Below are positions 56,281-64,000 of a DNA stretch of 64,000 nucleotides, piece after piece (position 1 is the first letter of the stretch; every line of letters begins with the position of its first letter). Source of the stretch: Chrysonvirus as5 (taxonomy: Duplodnaviria > Heunggongvirae > Uroviricota > Caudoviricetes > Straboviridae). A program made the translations under genes and the position numbers. Where the stretch lies: the IMG/VR virus record IMGVR_UViG_650627007_000001, positions 107,172 through 171,171 of that record; one strand, given 5' to 3'. Under the pieces are notes generated by a model. That model was not told the DNA's origin, made no database searches, and saw nothing but the letters and a program-made list of their open reading frames with translations.

Positions 56281-56598
56281 TTAGCGTTTAACACAAGTCC
56301 AGTGGTTGATATCGATTTCGCCTTTCGCAAGAATCTTTTCCATGAAAACAGTTGCAACTGAATGCGCGTTCATGTAATAGCTATCATCTTCGGCATGAAC
56401 AATCTTACCAACGAAACGATGATTCAGTCTGAATTCGTCAGCCATGAAACCACTGAACAACATGATGCTACACTCGAAATCGTCGCTCGGGCCTTCTGGT
56501 GTCATACATGCAACAATGTCGCCACGCTCAACACGCAGATCCCACAGCTTGATAGTCATGCCGTCGTTTGTCTTGATAGTTTCGTTGATGTTGATCAT
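56281..56598 (-). CDS. hypothetical protein (105 aa)
   Basis: ORF. Confidence 0.45.
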   Translation of the reverse strand: MININETIKTNDGMTIKLWDLRVERGDIVACMTPEGPSDDFECSIMLFSGFMADEFRLNHRFVGKIVHAEDDSYYMNAHSVATVFMEKILAKGEIDINHWTCVKR

Positions 56599-56619
56599 GA
56601 TGTTTTCCTCAGTTCGTTT

Positions 56620-56656
56620 GATGTGTGTAAAATATCAGGTCCAAAAACGATGTCAA
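56620..56656 (-). promoter_or_regulatory. PeSL-like early promoter cassette
   Basis: TTGACA-..-TATTTT. Confidence 0.4.
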
Positions 56657-56686
56657 CAAAAAAGGCACCCGAAGGTGCCTTTTATT
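56656..56686 (-). terminator. rho-independent terminator after nadV
   Basis: ggcaccc-gaa-gggtgcc-like ggcacc/ggtgcc hairpin flanked by A8 and T-rich tracts. Confidence 0.6.
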
Positions 56687-56687
56687 T

Positions 56688-58130
56688 TTAAGCTTGTTCG
56701 TCGCTGCGGAGTCGGGCTTCTTCAAACACACTCATGTTATAAACATGGGTGCAAGTGCCTTCACGCAGATACTGGACATATTCGTTGTCGTTCTCATATT
56801 TCGCATATTGCGGGTCGAGAATATCAACAGTCTTGTATTCACCGTCAATTTTCACCAGACGCAGACGACCGGCTTTGGAAGCTTTCCACGCTGCATCTTT
56901 CGGGTTCTTACGCACACGACGCCAGACACCGTTAACGCGAATCGCAGAGCATTTGTAAGCCCATTTCTGAGTGTCACGGTCGCATTTCTGCAACAGACCA
57001 CCACCCATACCGAAAGCGACGTTTTCGATACTGTAACCCAGCACTTTGATGAACTGGAGACAGGCTTCAACATCTTTGTCGGAACTCAGGCCGTCGCCCT
57101 GAATAACACGGTAGCTACCATGCAGGACTTTGTAACCCTTACTGTTCACAGTGAAACCGACGTTCTTCGCGATAGTTTCAAGAGCATATCCGATATTATC
57201 AAACATGTCACCAGAGTCAGGACGAATCACGCAAGTACCGCCGCGAGCCAGAATTTCGCGCTTGAACTCACCAGTGGTCAGACGATCTACCGCTGATTTG
57301 TAGTCGATAGAGTCAGCCACAATCGCGTAAACACCGTCACCCCAGTTACGAATGCTGTTCCAGAATGCTTCATCTTCCTGTTCAGGAGTCAGCAAACCTT
57401 CATCACCGTAGCAAATGGTAGTGGTGTGTTCGCGAGCCGGAATACTGATACCAACAGCGATATCATGTGCCAGATCGTACAGGTCTTGTGCCATAATCAG
57501 AGCTTCGACGGTATCGGTACCGATGAAGTTGATCAGATGTGCCAGACCACCCAGCTTTGCCGCTTGTTCACAAGTCGCACCACGAGCACCGAAGTCATGC
57601 AGACGGGTTTTCAGTACGAAATCGAAATCGGCACCAGTCAGATCGGAGGTTTCTTTCAGATACTTTTTAACGAGTTTCTTGATCTTGAAGCTGATAGAAG
57701 CAACGGTACTGGGATACCAGTGACCACGCAACAGGAAAGTTTCAAGGTGACCACCGAGACTGTAGTTCGGTCCGAAGATTTCAACTACCATAGTCGCGTT
57801 ACGACCAGGGATTACTTGACCTTCTTTCGCACCATACAGGTTAACCGGAAGTTTGCCGCCGTTGGTTGCAATATTCATCCACATTTCATATGCGAACATG
57901 TCGCGACCGAAGTGGGATTTGAACAACATGTTAGCGCGGTTGACGTCAGCGACGGTCACACCCTGCTCCAGAGTACGCGCAACAAAATGCAAACCGGAGA
58001 TCATTACATCATCGTCCACACGCGGCTCAGCGTAAAGACTGATTGCATCGGTCCCAGCTGGGAACTGATACGGATGGCTGATTTTGTAAGAGTCGGTAGT
58101 TACTGCCAGGTTGGTTTTAAATACGTTCAT
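56688..58130 (-). CDS. nadV: nicotinamide phosphoribosyltransferase NadV (NAMPT)
   Basis: 480 aa; N-terminal TDSYKISH motif and overall NAMPT/NadV length and composition. Confidence 0.85.
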   Translation of the reverse strand: MNVFKTNLAVTTDSYKISHPYQFPAGTDAISLYAEPRVDDDVMISGLHFVARTLEQGVTVADVNRANMLFKSHFGRDMFAYEMWMNIATNGGKLPVNLYGAKEGQVIPGRNATMVVEIFGPNYSLGGHLETFLLRGHWYPSTVASISFKIKKLVKKYLKETSDLTGADFDFVLKTRLHDFGARGATCEQAAKLGGLAHLINFIGTDTVEALIMAQDLYDLAHDIAVGISIPAREHTTTICYGDEGLLTPEQEDEAFWNSIRNWGDGVYAIVADSIDYKSAVDRLTTGEFKREILARGGTCVIRPDSGDMFDNIGYALETIAKNVGFTVNSKGYKVLHGSYRVIQGDGLSSDKDVEACLQFIKVLGYSIENVAFGMGGGLLQKCDRDTQKWAYKCSAIRVNGVWRRVRKNPKDAAWKASKAGRLRLVKIDGEYKTVDILDPQYAKYENDNEYVQYLREGTCTHVYNMSVFEEARLRSDEQA

Positions 58131-58227
58131 TTTTGAAGGCTCCCTTCATGATTGATATTTTGGTTTAGTGAGTCTTTCTCACAAAAAGATTGTCTCATAC
58201 TTTTCAACACAAGACAAGCTTTTTATG

Positions 58228-58245
58228 AGGGGTATTTCTACCCCT
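58228..58245 (-). terminator. hairpin (weak terminator)
   Basis: aggggta-tttc-tacccct. Confidence 0.4.
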
Positions 58246-58253
58246 TCACGTTA

Positions 58254-58928
58254 TTAGAATACCAGAGCGGCACCCAGTACGGCAGAGTTATCATAGCCAA
58301 CACCGGTGGTAACAGTGTGGCGCATCTTGACATACGGCTGAATCATGTGATCGGTAAAGGTCAGAGCGATTTCATGTTCGTTCTCGGTAGCCAGACCCAG
58401 GTCAAAATCGGTACGCTCGTGGAAGCCCTTGCGAGTGTAGTTATAAGCAATGGTCATTTCAGGATGCAGCTCATAACTAACGCCAGCTTTGATCTTGCTG
58501 TAATCTTGACCCTCGTTCATGAAGCTGTAACCGGCACCAGCATAAGCCAGGAACTTAGCGACCGGCATATATTCGACGATACCTTGTACGTAGGTTTCGT
58601 GATCGGTGTTGTCGCCTTCGAAGATGCCGTATTCTACGCTCGGAACAAAGGTGAAGTCGTCGCTAACTTGCAGACTCTTACCCAGCACACCAGCAGTGTG
58701 TTTGTTGGTTTCGTGCTTCACTTCCATGAAGTAGTTAGCCGGAAGAGCTACGCCCATGCCATACTCGGTAACGTCGGTATTGGTGTTGCGCTCAATGTAA
58801 ATCTTTTCCAGTTGTACTTGAGCCACGGTTTCGGTCAGATCGGATGCCTTAGCTTGTTGGCAACCAAAAGCAGAAGCAGCGATAGCCAGACCGACGATTA
58901 CAGAGTGAATGAAATTCTTAGACATCAA
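58254..58928 (-). CDS. outer-membrane beta-barrel protein (signal peptide; C-terminal ..ALVF)
   Basis: signal peptide with AASAFG, alternating amphipathic beta-strand pattern rich in Y/G/T, terminal Phe. Confidence 0.55.
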   Translation of the reverse strand: MMSKNFIHSVIVGLAIAASAFGCQQAKASDLTETVAQVQLEKIYIERNTNTDVTEYGMGVALPANYFMEVKHETNKHTAGVLGKSLQVSDDFTFVPSVEYGIFEGDNTDHETYVQGIVEYMPVAKFLAYAGAGYSFMNEGQDYSKIKAGVSYELHPEMTIAYNYTRKGFHERTDFDLGLATENEHEIALTFTDHMIQPYVKMRHTVTTGVGYDNSAVLGAALVF

Positions 58929-58939
58929 AATGATACCTC

Positions 58940-59158
58940 TTAGTTTGTTGAGAGTAAAGCGATAACCAGCACAAGTAATATGAGTAGGCTTTTGTTATCG
59001 CCAAGTTTGTTTAACGTTTCCAGTATACGATTCTCTATTGCGAGTGTCAACAACTTTTTCATTATTGCTAACGGTATTACCAGAAACGTTAGTGCTAGAA
59101 ACTGATATTGATTATACATCAGCCCCAGAAGATTGCAAACAATATCGTAAAAATCCAT
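58940..59158 (-). CDS. small membrane protein (72 aa)
   Basis: two hydrophobic segments. Confidence 0.4.
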   Translation of the reverse strand: MDFYDIVCNLLGLMYNQYQFLALTFLVIPLAIMKKLLTLAIENRILETLNKLGDNKSLLILLVLVIALLSTN

Positions 59159-59206
59159 ATGATTACAATCGTTGACGGTCGGTGTAAAAAATCAAACCAA
59201 TCGTCC

Positions 59207-59437
59207 TTACAGACGCTCCATATATCGACTATACGCGATAGTGTAATCGGAGCCAAAACCAGTAATGTCTTCCCATCCTTGGGCGGGATCTACCAGAATG
59301 ATAAATCCATACCCCAAGAACGGAATTTCGTTGTTTGTAGCCACGCCGACAACCGACGCGGTACACTCAATCACATTTCCTTCTTTTTGGGAAACGAGTT
59401 CTACCTTGACTCGTTCCCCGCGTTTAAACGGGTACAT
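59207..59437 (-). CDS. hypothetical protein (76 aa)
   Basis: ORF. Confidence 0.45.
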   Translation of the reverse strand: MYPFKRGERVKVELVSQKEGNVIECTASVVGVATNNEIPFLGYGFIILVDPAQGWEDITGFGSDYTIAYSRYMERL

Positions 59438-59663
59438 CTATAAGTCCTTGTTTCACAGCTTGATTGAATAGAGGATGTGTATCTGTGATGCTCACATCCC
59501 ACATACGCAGAATAAGCGAAACATCCTCTAGTGTCAAGTTTTCTTTTGTGATTTTATACGTTTTCGGGATTCGAAGATGTCCGGATATAAAATCCGGACT
59601 ATAATATCTGAGATTTCGACTATCGAATCCAATTTCGTCTTGATGAAGCGCGTCCATACTCAT
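59424..59663 (-). CDS. hypothetical protein (79 aa), translationally coupled to nucleotidyltransferase
   Basis: ATGA overlap with upstream stop. Confidence 0.45.
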   Translation of the reverse strand: MSMDALHQDEIGFDSRNLRYYSPDFISGHLRIPKTYKITKENLTLEDVSLILRMWDVSITDTHPLFNQAVKQGLIDVPV

Positions 59664-60613
59664 GACAGCAGCTCCGCGAGATAAACCTCATAGACAAAAT
59701 CGTCCCAGTATTCACGATTCACAGTTTCGCGCATACCGTTTTTGCGAGCGATCACAACCTCTTTCTCAACATCGTTCATAAGTTGTTCGAGATAGGGATT
59801 AACTTCGTCTACCAGACTACGCTTTCCTAGCTTAACGTCAAGAATAAATTCACGATGTTTCAGCGGGAATTTCAGATCACCGGTCCGATAGATCTCAAGC
59901 AGTTGTTCACCGCCTCGGATAGCATGACTCAACGCTTTCCAGTCTACACCGACTTCCTCTTTCGCACGTTTAGCGCGATCACCATATTCTTCCCAAATCT
60001 TCTGGACTTGCTGGATAAACTCGGTGATCTTGATTCCATACAGATACTTGCGACCCAGCACCTCATAGAACTCGACAGTTTCACCGGTTCGGGATACTTC
60101 GGTACCAGAGAATGTGAATTCATCAGTTGGCAGACGATCAACAAAATAACGGAGACGATAGTTCATGTCCGACTGAGGAATGTTAGAGATAACGGTCATC
60201 ACTCGTTCGAGTGCAGCTAGTCGAGTACCCTTAACACCGTACTTGGTAGCTTGTTTTCGGCAGTAGCCCAAGAATGCATCCATACGAGTCGTGTAAAACA
60301 TAGACCGATTTTGCTGAATGACTTCCCAATAAGGAGAAGTTTCCAGCAGCTGGTTACTGTGCAACATATCGATACACATAGTTTCGCCTTTGCTCGCCAG
60401 CTTGATGAACTGACGCAAAGACATCATTTCGGTATCGATATCATCGGCGCCGTTTTTACCTTTACCACCAGTGCTTTCGTTGTAGACTTCGCGACCACCC
60501 AGAATGATCTCCCGCTTAGTGGGAATAAAGATCCCTTTGTAGTCCCGATCGGAAGTCGGGGTACTCAGCCCGTACAGATGCGAGCCGAATACGGTTTTCA
60601 TCATTGTTTTCAT
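59660..60613 (-). CDS. pol-beta superfamily nucleotidyltransferase (minimal NTase fold + helical domain)
   Basis: N-terminal GSHLYGLSTPTSDRDY (GSx9-13DxD) plus downstream DDID; ~250-aa alpha-helical remainder; SD AAGGTG. Confidence 0.6.
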   Translation of the reverse strand: MKTMMKTVFGSHLYGLSTPTSDRDYKGIFIPTKREIILGGREVYNESTGGKGKNGADDIDTEMMSLRQFIKLASKGETMCIDMLHSNQLLETSPYWEVIQQNRSMFYTTRMDAFLGYCRKQATKYGVKGTRLAALERVMTVISNIPQSDMNYRLRYFVDRLPTDEFTFSGTEVSRTGETVEFYEVLGRKYLYGIKITEFIQQVQKIWEEYGDRAKRAKEEVGVDWKALSHAIRGGEQLLEIYRTGDLKFPLKHREFILDVKLGKRSLVDEVNPYLEQLMNDVEKEVVIARKNGMRETVNREYWDDFVYEVYLAELLS

Positions 60614-60960
60614 TAGTCACCTTTTCTCATAAAGTTAACAGGACTTGGAATAACGCTAGAGTGAATCCTAAAGCAATCCATTACCTGTGTTCTTTCTTCG
60701 CCTAGCTGTTTCAGAAAATATTCAGTATCATATGCATTCATAGGACGGGTGATTCGGTTTCCATCTGTAATCACATACTTTCGTTTGTCGATCTTGATAG
60801 ACAGGCCAAATTCTGCCAAATTAGCATTGATATAAACCAGACTTTTTGCCATTGAGTCACGCGCCAACGCATGTTTAGTAACATTGCAGATCAACGCAAC
60901 CGTGCCAGCGACGACCATTATACCAACCGATAACTCAAACGGATCAACTGTGATAATCAT
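60613..60960 (-). CDS. hypothetical protein with N-terminal TM segment
   Basis: ORF. Confidence 0.45.
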   Translation of the reverse strand: MIITVDPFELSVGIMVVAGTVALICNVTKHALARDSMAKSLVYINANLAEFGLSIKIDKRKYVITDGNRITRPMNAYDTEYFLKQLGEERTQVMDCFRIHSSVIPSPVNFMRKGD

Positions 60961-61283
60961 TGCATAGCCTTTTGCTTGTAGAGTTCAGCCAGATTGGTGT
61001 TCAGACGTTCGATTGCTTGTTCCAGAGTTTCGGCATTAGGATCATAGTTGTCGGCAGTCGAGTCATAATGCGAGGTACTCTTACCGTTTGATATGTCCCA
61101 GTGAGTTGAAGTAGTTGTCGGACAACGAGTCACATACAGATTTTGTTCGGTTTTAGACCGAAGATGAAACACCTTACAGCCATCAAGGCCAGGCACCATC
61201 TGATACCCATTGGTTGTTTCTTGTGTGATAGTATCACATCCAGTCAGCAACAGAGCAATTGCTAGAATTCCAAACTTTTTCAT
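60957..61283 (-). CDS. lipoprotein
   Basis: trimmed to MKKFGILAIALLLTGC (lipobox). Confidence 0.5.
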   Translation of the reverse strand: MKKFGILAIALLLTGCDTITQETTNGYQMVPGLDGCKVFHLRSKTEQNLYVTRCPTTTSTHWDISNGKSTSHYDSTADNYDPNAETLEQAIERLNTNLAELYKQKAMQ

Positions 61284-61401
61284 ATTTGCATCCACATTAA
61301 AATTGGGTAAATCGCCTTTAAGACCATGATCATGAAGTCGTTGCTCCCGATCATGGCCCATATTACGATGTTCAGAATAATGAGCAAACACCAGATTGCG
61401 T

Positions 61402-61662
61402 TTAGTCCTTTCTCCACCATTTGTCATCACTCCTCATATCATTTGAATCTGAGAGAGATTTTATCACAACTGGTCTAGGAACTACAAGTGGTTTGTCCAT
61501 TATTTTTGTGACATTTGTCACATATACCGGAATATATTTTTCATCAAAGCGTTGTCCGTCTATCAACTTCTGGAAATTTTGCAGGACTATTTCTTTCGAA
61601 GCCCCGCTAATGTCCTGATAGTTATTTGACATTAAAACGCCTGTAGATGTAACGTTGCGCAA
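61402..61662 (-). CDS. hypothetical protein
   Basis: ORF. Confidence 0.4.
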   Translation of the reverse strand: MRNVTSTGVLMSNNYQDISGASKEIVLQNFQKLIDGQRFDEKYIPVYVTNVTKIMDKPLVVPRPVVIKSLSDSNDMRSDDKWWRKD

Positions 61663-61996
61663 ATAGATATTTGCGAATGTTATTTGTTCCCTGAACTTGC
61701 ATCATGAGATCATAGAATTCATGAATGGTAAGATTGCGAGTTTGCGCACCCTCAACGTTATCAATGAATCGAAACCAAGACGCGGCACCCGCGAAATCGG
61801 TAATAATTCCATTGTTATACATTTCGAGCCGAATGCCTTTCTCTTGCAGAACTTCGCGAACTTCGCGATAGTGCTCCAATACCCAGTTAACTCGACGTTT
61901 ACGCTTCTTGGTACGATATTGATCGATGCCGATAAACAAACCAACCACTACCGCGATACAAGACAAGATACTAAGGGAGATAATGAACAGTGCCAT
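61622..61996 (-). CDS. membrane-anchored protein (N-terminal TM)
   Basis: MALFIISLSILSCIAVVVGLFIGI. Confidence 0.45.
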   Translation of the reverse strand: MALFIISLSILSCIAVVVGLFIGIDQYRTKKRKRRVNWVLEHYREVREVLQEKGIRLEMYNNGIITDFAGAASWFRFIDNVEGAQTRNLTIHEFYDLMMQVQGTNNIRKYLFAQRYIYRRFNVK

Positions 61997-61997
61997 T

Positions 61998-62306
61998 TTA
62001 TTCCTCTATTGGTGTTGAGTGTTGTTCGAAGTTCGCGCCCTTATCACACGCTTTCCAAAAGCTATAAACTTCGGAAGCAAGTAACGGGCGACTCGTTCGA
62101 GTGCTAGACTTGAAAACAAACTGAACGACATTTACCCGTTCTAGTTGTATACCAGTTCTAGTGATTACCATGTTAATCGAATGCATATCTCGGCTTACGC
62201 GAATAAACTTTGGCAGTTCTTCGATTATCATGATTGCGATCATCGCCATCAATATCCCACAGGCAGAGATGGCGATTACATCAAAAACATTTAAGTTAGA
62301 TCCCAT
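61998..62306 (-). CDS. membrane protein
   Basis: trimmed to MGSNLNVFDVIAISACGILMAMIAIMII. Confidence 0.4.
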   Translation of the reverse strand: MGSNLNVFDVIAISACGILMAMIAIMIIEELPKFIRVSRDMHSINMVITRTGIQLERVNVVQFVFKSSTRTSRPLLASEVYSFWKACDKGANFEQHSTPIEE

Positions 62307-62658
62307 AACACTCCTTGAAAATCTCGACGTTAGCGTTAACAAAGGCAATCACTTTATCACATGCCAGTTCCAAGGATTTCTGCTTGCGAAGAACTGGGAA
62401 TTTCACACCGGATTTCCACTTGCAGTCACCACACAGCGCGGTAAATTTGTCGTCACCGTCGTGAAGCATGAAATGCGCCCAACGAGCGTTGAAGTATTCA
62501 ACATCAGAACAACCTTGCTTTGCACCGACCATGATGATCTCTACGGTATATTCACCGACAGATTTCAGACTGCGAACACGGACATATTCTGCAACTCGGG
62601 AGTCGATACGCGGCTTGATGTATTCTACCAGAGCTTGCATCTTTTCTTGATTAGTCAT
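62296..62658 (-). CDS. hypothetical protein (120 aa)
   Basis: trimmed to MTNQEKMQ with GAGGAGATAGTC RBS. Confidence 0.5.
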   Translation of the reverse strand: MTNQEKMQALVEYIKPRIDSRVAEYVRVRSLKSVGEYTVEIIMVGAKQGCSDVEYFNARWAHFMLHDGDDKFTALCGDCKWKSGVKFPVLRKQKSLELACDKVIAFVNANVEIFKECYGI

Positions 62659-62668
62659 GACTATCTCC

Positions 62669-62896
62669 TCATGCAGCTTTCTTCGGGTTGTTGTAAACGT
62701 AGACTTTACGACGCTGAACTTTGCCAGCGAACTGTGCTTCCAGCTTCGCGGAAACTTGCTCACGCACCATGTCAACGGTCTTGTCAATCCAGCGACCGAT
62801 AGTACGCGGAGAAACATTCAGTTCACGGGCGACTTGAGCTTTGGTCTTTTTAGAAGCAGTTACAGCGAAGTAGGCTTTGATTTCGACGTTGTTCAT
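62669..62896 (-). CDS. small HTH DNA-binding protein (75 aa)
   Basis: trimmed to MNNVEIKA; helix-turn-helix QVARELNVSPRTIGRWI. Confidence 0.5.
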   Translation of the reverse strand: MNNVEIKAYFAVTASKKTKAQVARELNVSPRTIGRWIDKTVDMVREQVSAKLEAQFAGKVQRRKVYVYNNPKKAA

Positions 62897-62934
62897 GATG
62901 TATTCCTCAGTTTCGTTAGAAGTTGTTTTGTTTC

Positions 62935-62971
62935 GATGTGGACATATTATCATGTCCACACATTGAGTCAA
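62935..62971 (-). promoter_or_regulatory. PeSL-like early promoter cassette
   Basis: TTGACT-..-TAATAT in loop of 9-bp tgtggacat/atgtccaca hairpin. Confidence 0.5.
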
Positions 62972-62974
62972 GCA

Positions 62975-63265
62975 TTATTTTTGAGATTTTTTGATTTCGT
63001 TCCAAACTTCTTTTTGCAGACGATCACGACAACCATTGCGATTCATCAGATAGTCATTGGTCAACTTTTGTTGAGCGTTGAACCAGTGAATCACGGCTTC
63101 ATGCAAAACGGCACGCTGTTCTTCTGAACTCAGGGCAACGAAACGCTCTTTGCCGAAGTATTCAATGCGACTCAGAACACCGTCAGTCATACGCTTGACA
63201 GCTTCGGCGTTTACGTTGAATTGTTTTGCGAGTTCGTCAAACTTAGCTTGGATTTCCATGTTCAT
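62975..63265 (-). CDS. hypothetical protein (96 aa)
   Basis: trimmed to MNMEIQAK after GAGAACTACATC leader; listed 185-aa ORF runs through promoter. Confidence 0.5.
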   Translation of the reverse strand: MNMEIQAKFDELAKQFNVNAEAVKRMTDGVLSRIEYFGKERFVALSSEEQRAVLHEAVIHWFNAQQKLTNDYLMNRNGCRDRLQKEVWNEIKKSQK

Positions 63266-63288
63266 GATGTAGTTCTCTTGTTTGTTTC

Positions 63289-63325
63289 GATGTGGACATC
63301 TTATCAGGTTGAAATGCGTTGTCAA
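63289..63325 (-). promoter_or_regulatory. PeSL-like early promoter cassette
   Basis: TTGACA-..-TAAGAT. Confidence 0.45.
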
Positions 63326-63348
63326 CAAAAAAGGCACCCGAAGGTGCC
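63326..63348 (-). terminator. rho-independent terminator
   Basis: ggcaccc-gaa-ggtgcc hairpin (same sequence as 56664 copy) then TTTTTTG on the minus strand. Confidence 0.6.
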
Positions 63349-63353
63349 TTTTA

Positions 63354-64000
63354 TTACTTACAAGCGATGGACAAGAATTTCTCCAAGTCTTTACCCTTGA
63401 TTTTCTTACACATAGAATACCGATTGTACTCGGTACGAGTAGCCGGCACGTAAACGGTAACGTGTGAATCGTCGCCGTATTCAAGCTCAACGCCAGTTGC
63501 TGGATTGAACTCTTTTGGATCAACATACTCAATCACACCGTTTTTACGCATCGGGATCATACCGTCATAGAAAGTATAAATCGCGTAGTCTTTGACGCTT
63601 GCGCGTTTTGCTTCTGTCAGCATTTCTCCAAACTTCATCCGGTTACTTTCAACCAGACTACCTTTCATTTTTGATTGATGCTCTTTGTACTTGCTGAACG
63701 TGTTAAGCTCAACCTCATAGCATTTCAGCACCTTGATTTGTTTCTTAGGATCGAACACCGCCCATTCCGGAGATCTAACGCCGTGATGATCAGTTGGGTT
63801 CGGAACACCAGCAGAACGATAGTCCTTACGACGCTCGCCAAGAATAGATTCCATTTCGAATACATAGCCACGTGTGCCAGAATGACGGCCATAACCTTCG
63901 TTACTCACGTATTGTAGGATCTTGTCAATCTTGTTACTGAAATACAATCCATCACCAAGCATACGACCAACAACAGATTTATCCTTACTTGGAATAATCT
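63354..64000 (-). CDS. hypothetical protein, 5' end beyond window; weak ADP-ribosyltransferase (Mod/Alt-like) resemblance
   Basis: ORF stays open upstream of the listed Met to position 64000; Arg (VVGRM), S-x-S-like LYFSN and ELEYG (ExE-like) in ART-like order; speculative. Confidence 0.3.
   Translation of the reverse strand, partial: IIPSKDKSVVGRMLGDGLYFSNKIDKILQYVSNEGYGRHSGTRGYVFEMESILGERRKDYRSAGVPNPTDHHGVRSPEWAVFDPKKQIKVLKCYEVELNTFSKYKEHQSKMKGSLVESNRMKFGEMLTEAKRASVKDYAIYTFYDGMIPMRKNGVIEYVDPKEFNPATGVELEYGDDSHVTVYVPATRTEYNRYSMCKKIKGKDLEKFLSIACK

Noticed and set aside
1-64000. CRISPR arrays, tRNA/rRNA genes, integrase/transposase-type mobile elements, T4 late promoters (TATAAATA)
   Set aside because: No regularly spaced direct repeats were found. 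No tRNA-like structures were seen in intergenic gaps, all of which are short. No recombinase motifs were found. Only partial TATAAAT-like matches appear (for example near 11060 and 8033), none convincing enough to annotate.

Overview
This window is a contiguous stretch of a T4-like (Tevenvirinae/Straboviridae-type) myovirus genome. Every supportable gene is on the minus strand; the long plus-strand ORFs are antisense shadows. The left ~8 kb is the conserved replication/recombination core: gp43 DNA polymerase N-terminus (partial, runs off the window start), RegA, gp62, gp44, gp45, an RpbA-like ORF, and gp46/gp47 (Rad50/Mre11-like). A terminator-bounded insert (8.1-11.0 kb) then encodes a ~970-aa fiber/adhesin-like protein. 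It is broken into three ORFs by one in-frame TGA and one -1 frame change. gp55 late sigma follows, then an anaerobic nucleotide-metabolism block (two glutaredoxins, a GrcA/YfiD-like glycyl-radical protein, NrdG, NrdD), then NrdB, NrdA and gp49 endonuclease VII. The remaining ~40 kb is a hyperplastic early region of roughly 100 small genes. About 18 repeated promoter-plus-stem-loop cassettes (PeSL-like) punctuate it; the -10 element sits inside the hairpin and a conserved leader (GAAACAAAACAACTGAGGAAAATATC-ATG) follows. Recognisable accessory genes include NadV nicotinamide phosphoribosyltransferase, a UvdE-type UV endonuclease, a SpoT/RelA-type HD small alarmone hydrolase, an SPFH/band-7 protein, a SprT-like metalloprotease, a hexapeptide-repeat acyltransferase, an NPPY methyltransferase-like protein next to a HAD phosphatase, a pol-beta-type nucleotidyltransferase, an outer-membrane beta-barrel protein and several secreted proteins and lipoproteins. 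No CRISPR array, tRNA or rRNA was seen. The ORF track accepts GTG and TTG starts and prints them as M, so many listed 5' ends are over-extended into promoter/leader sequence; starts were trimmed where an RBS-preceded ATG is evident. Coordinates of features absent from the ORF track (hairpins, micro-ORFs) are approximate to +/-2 nt.
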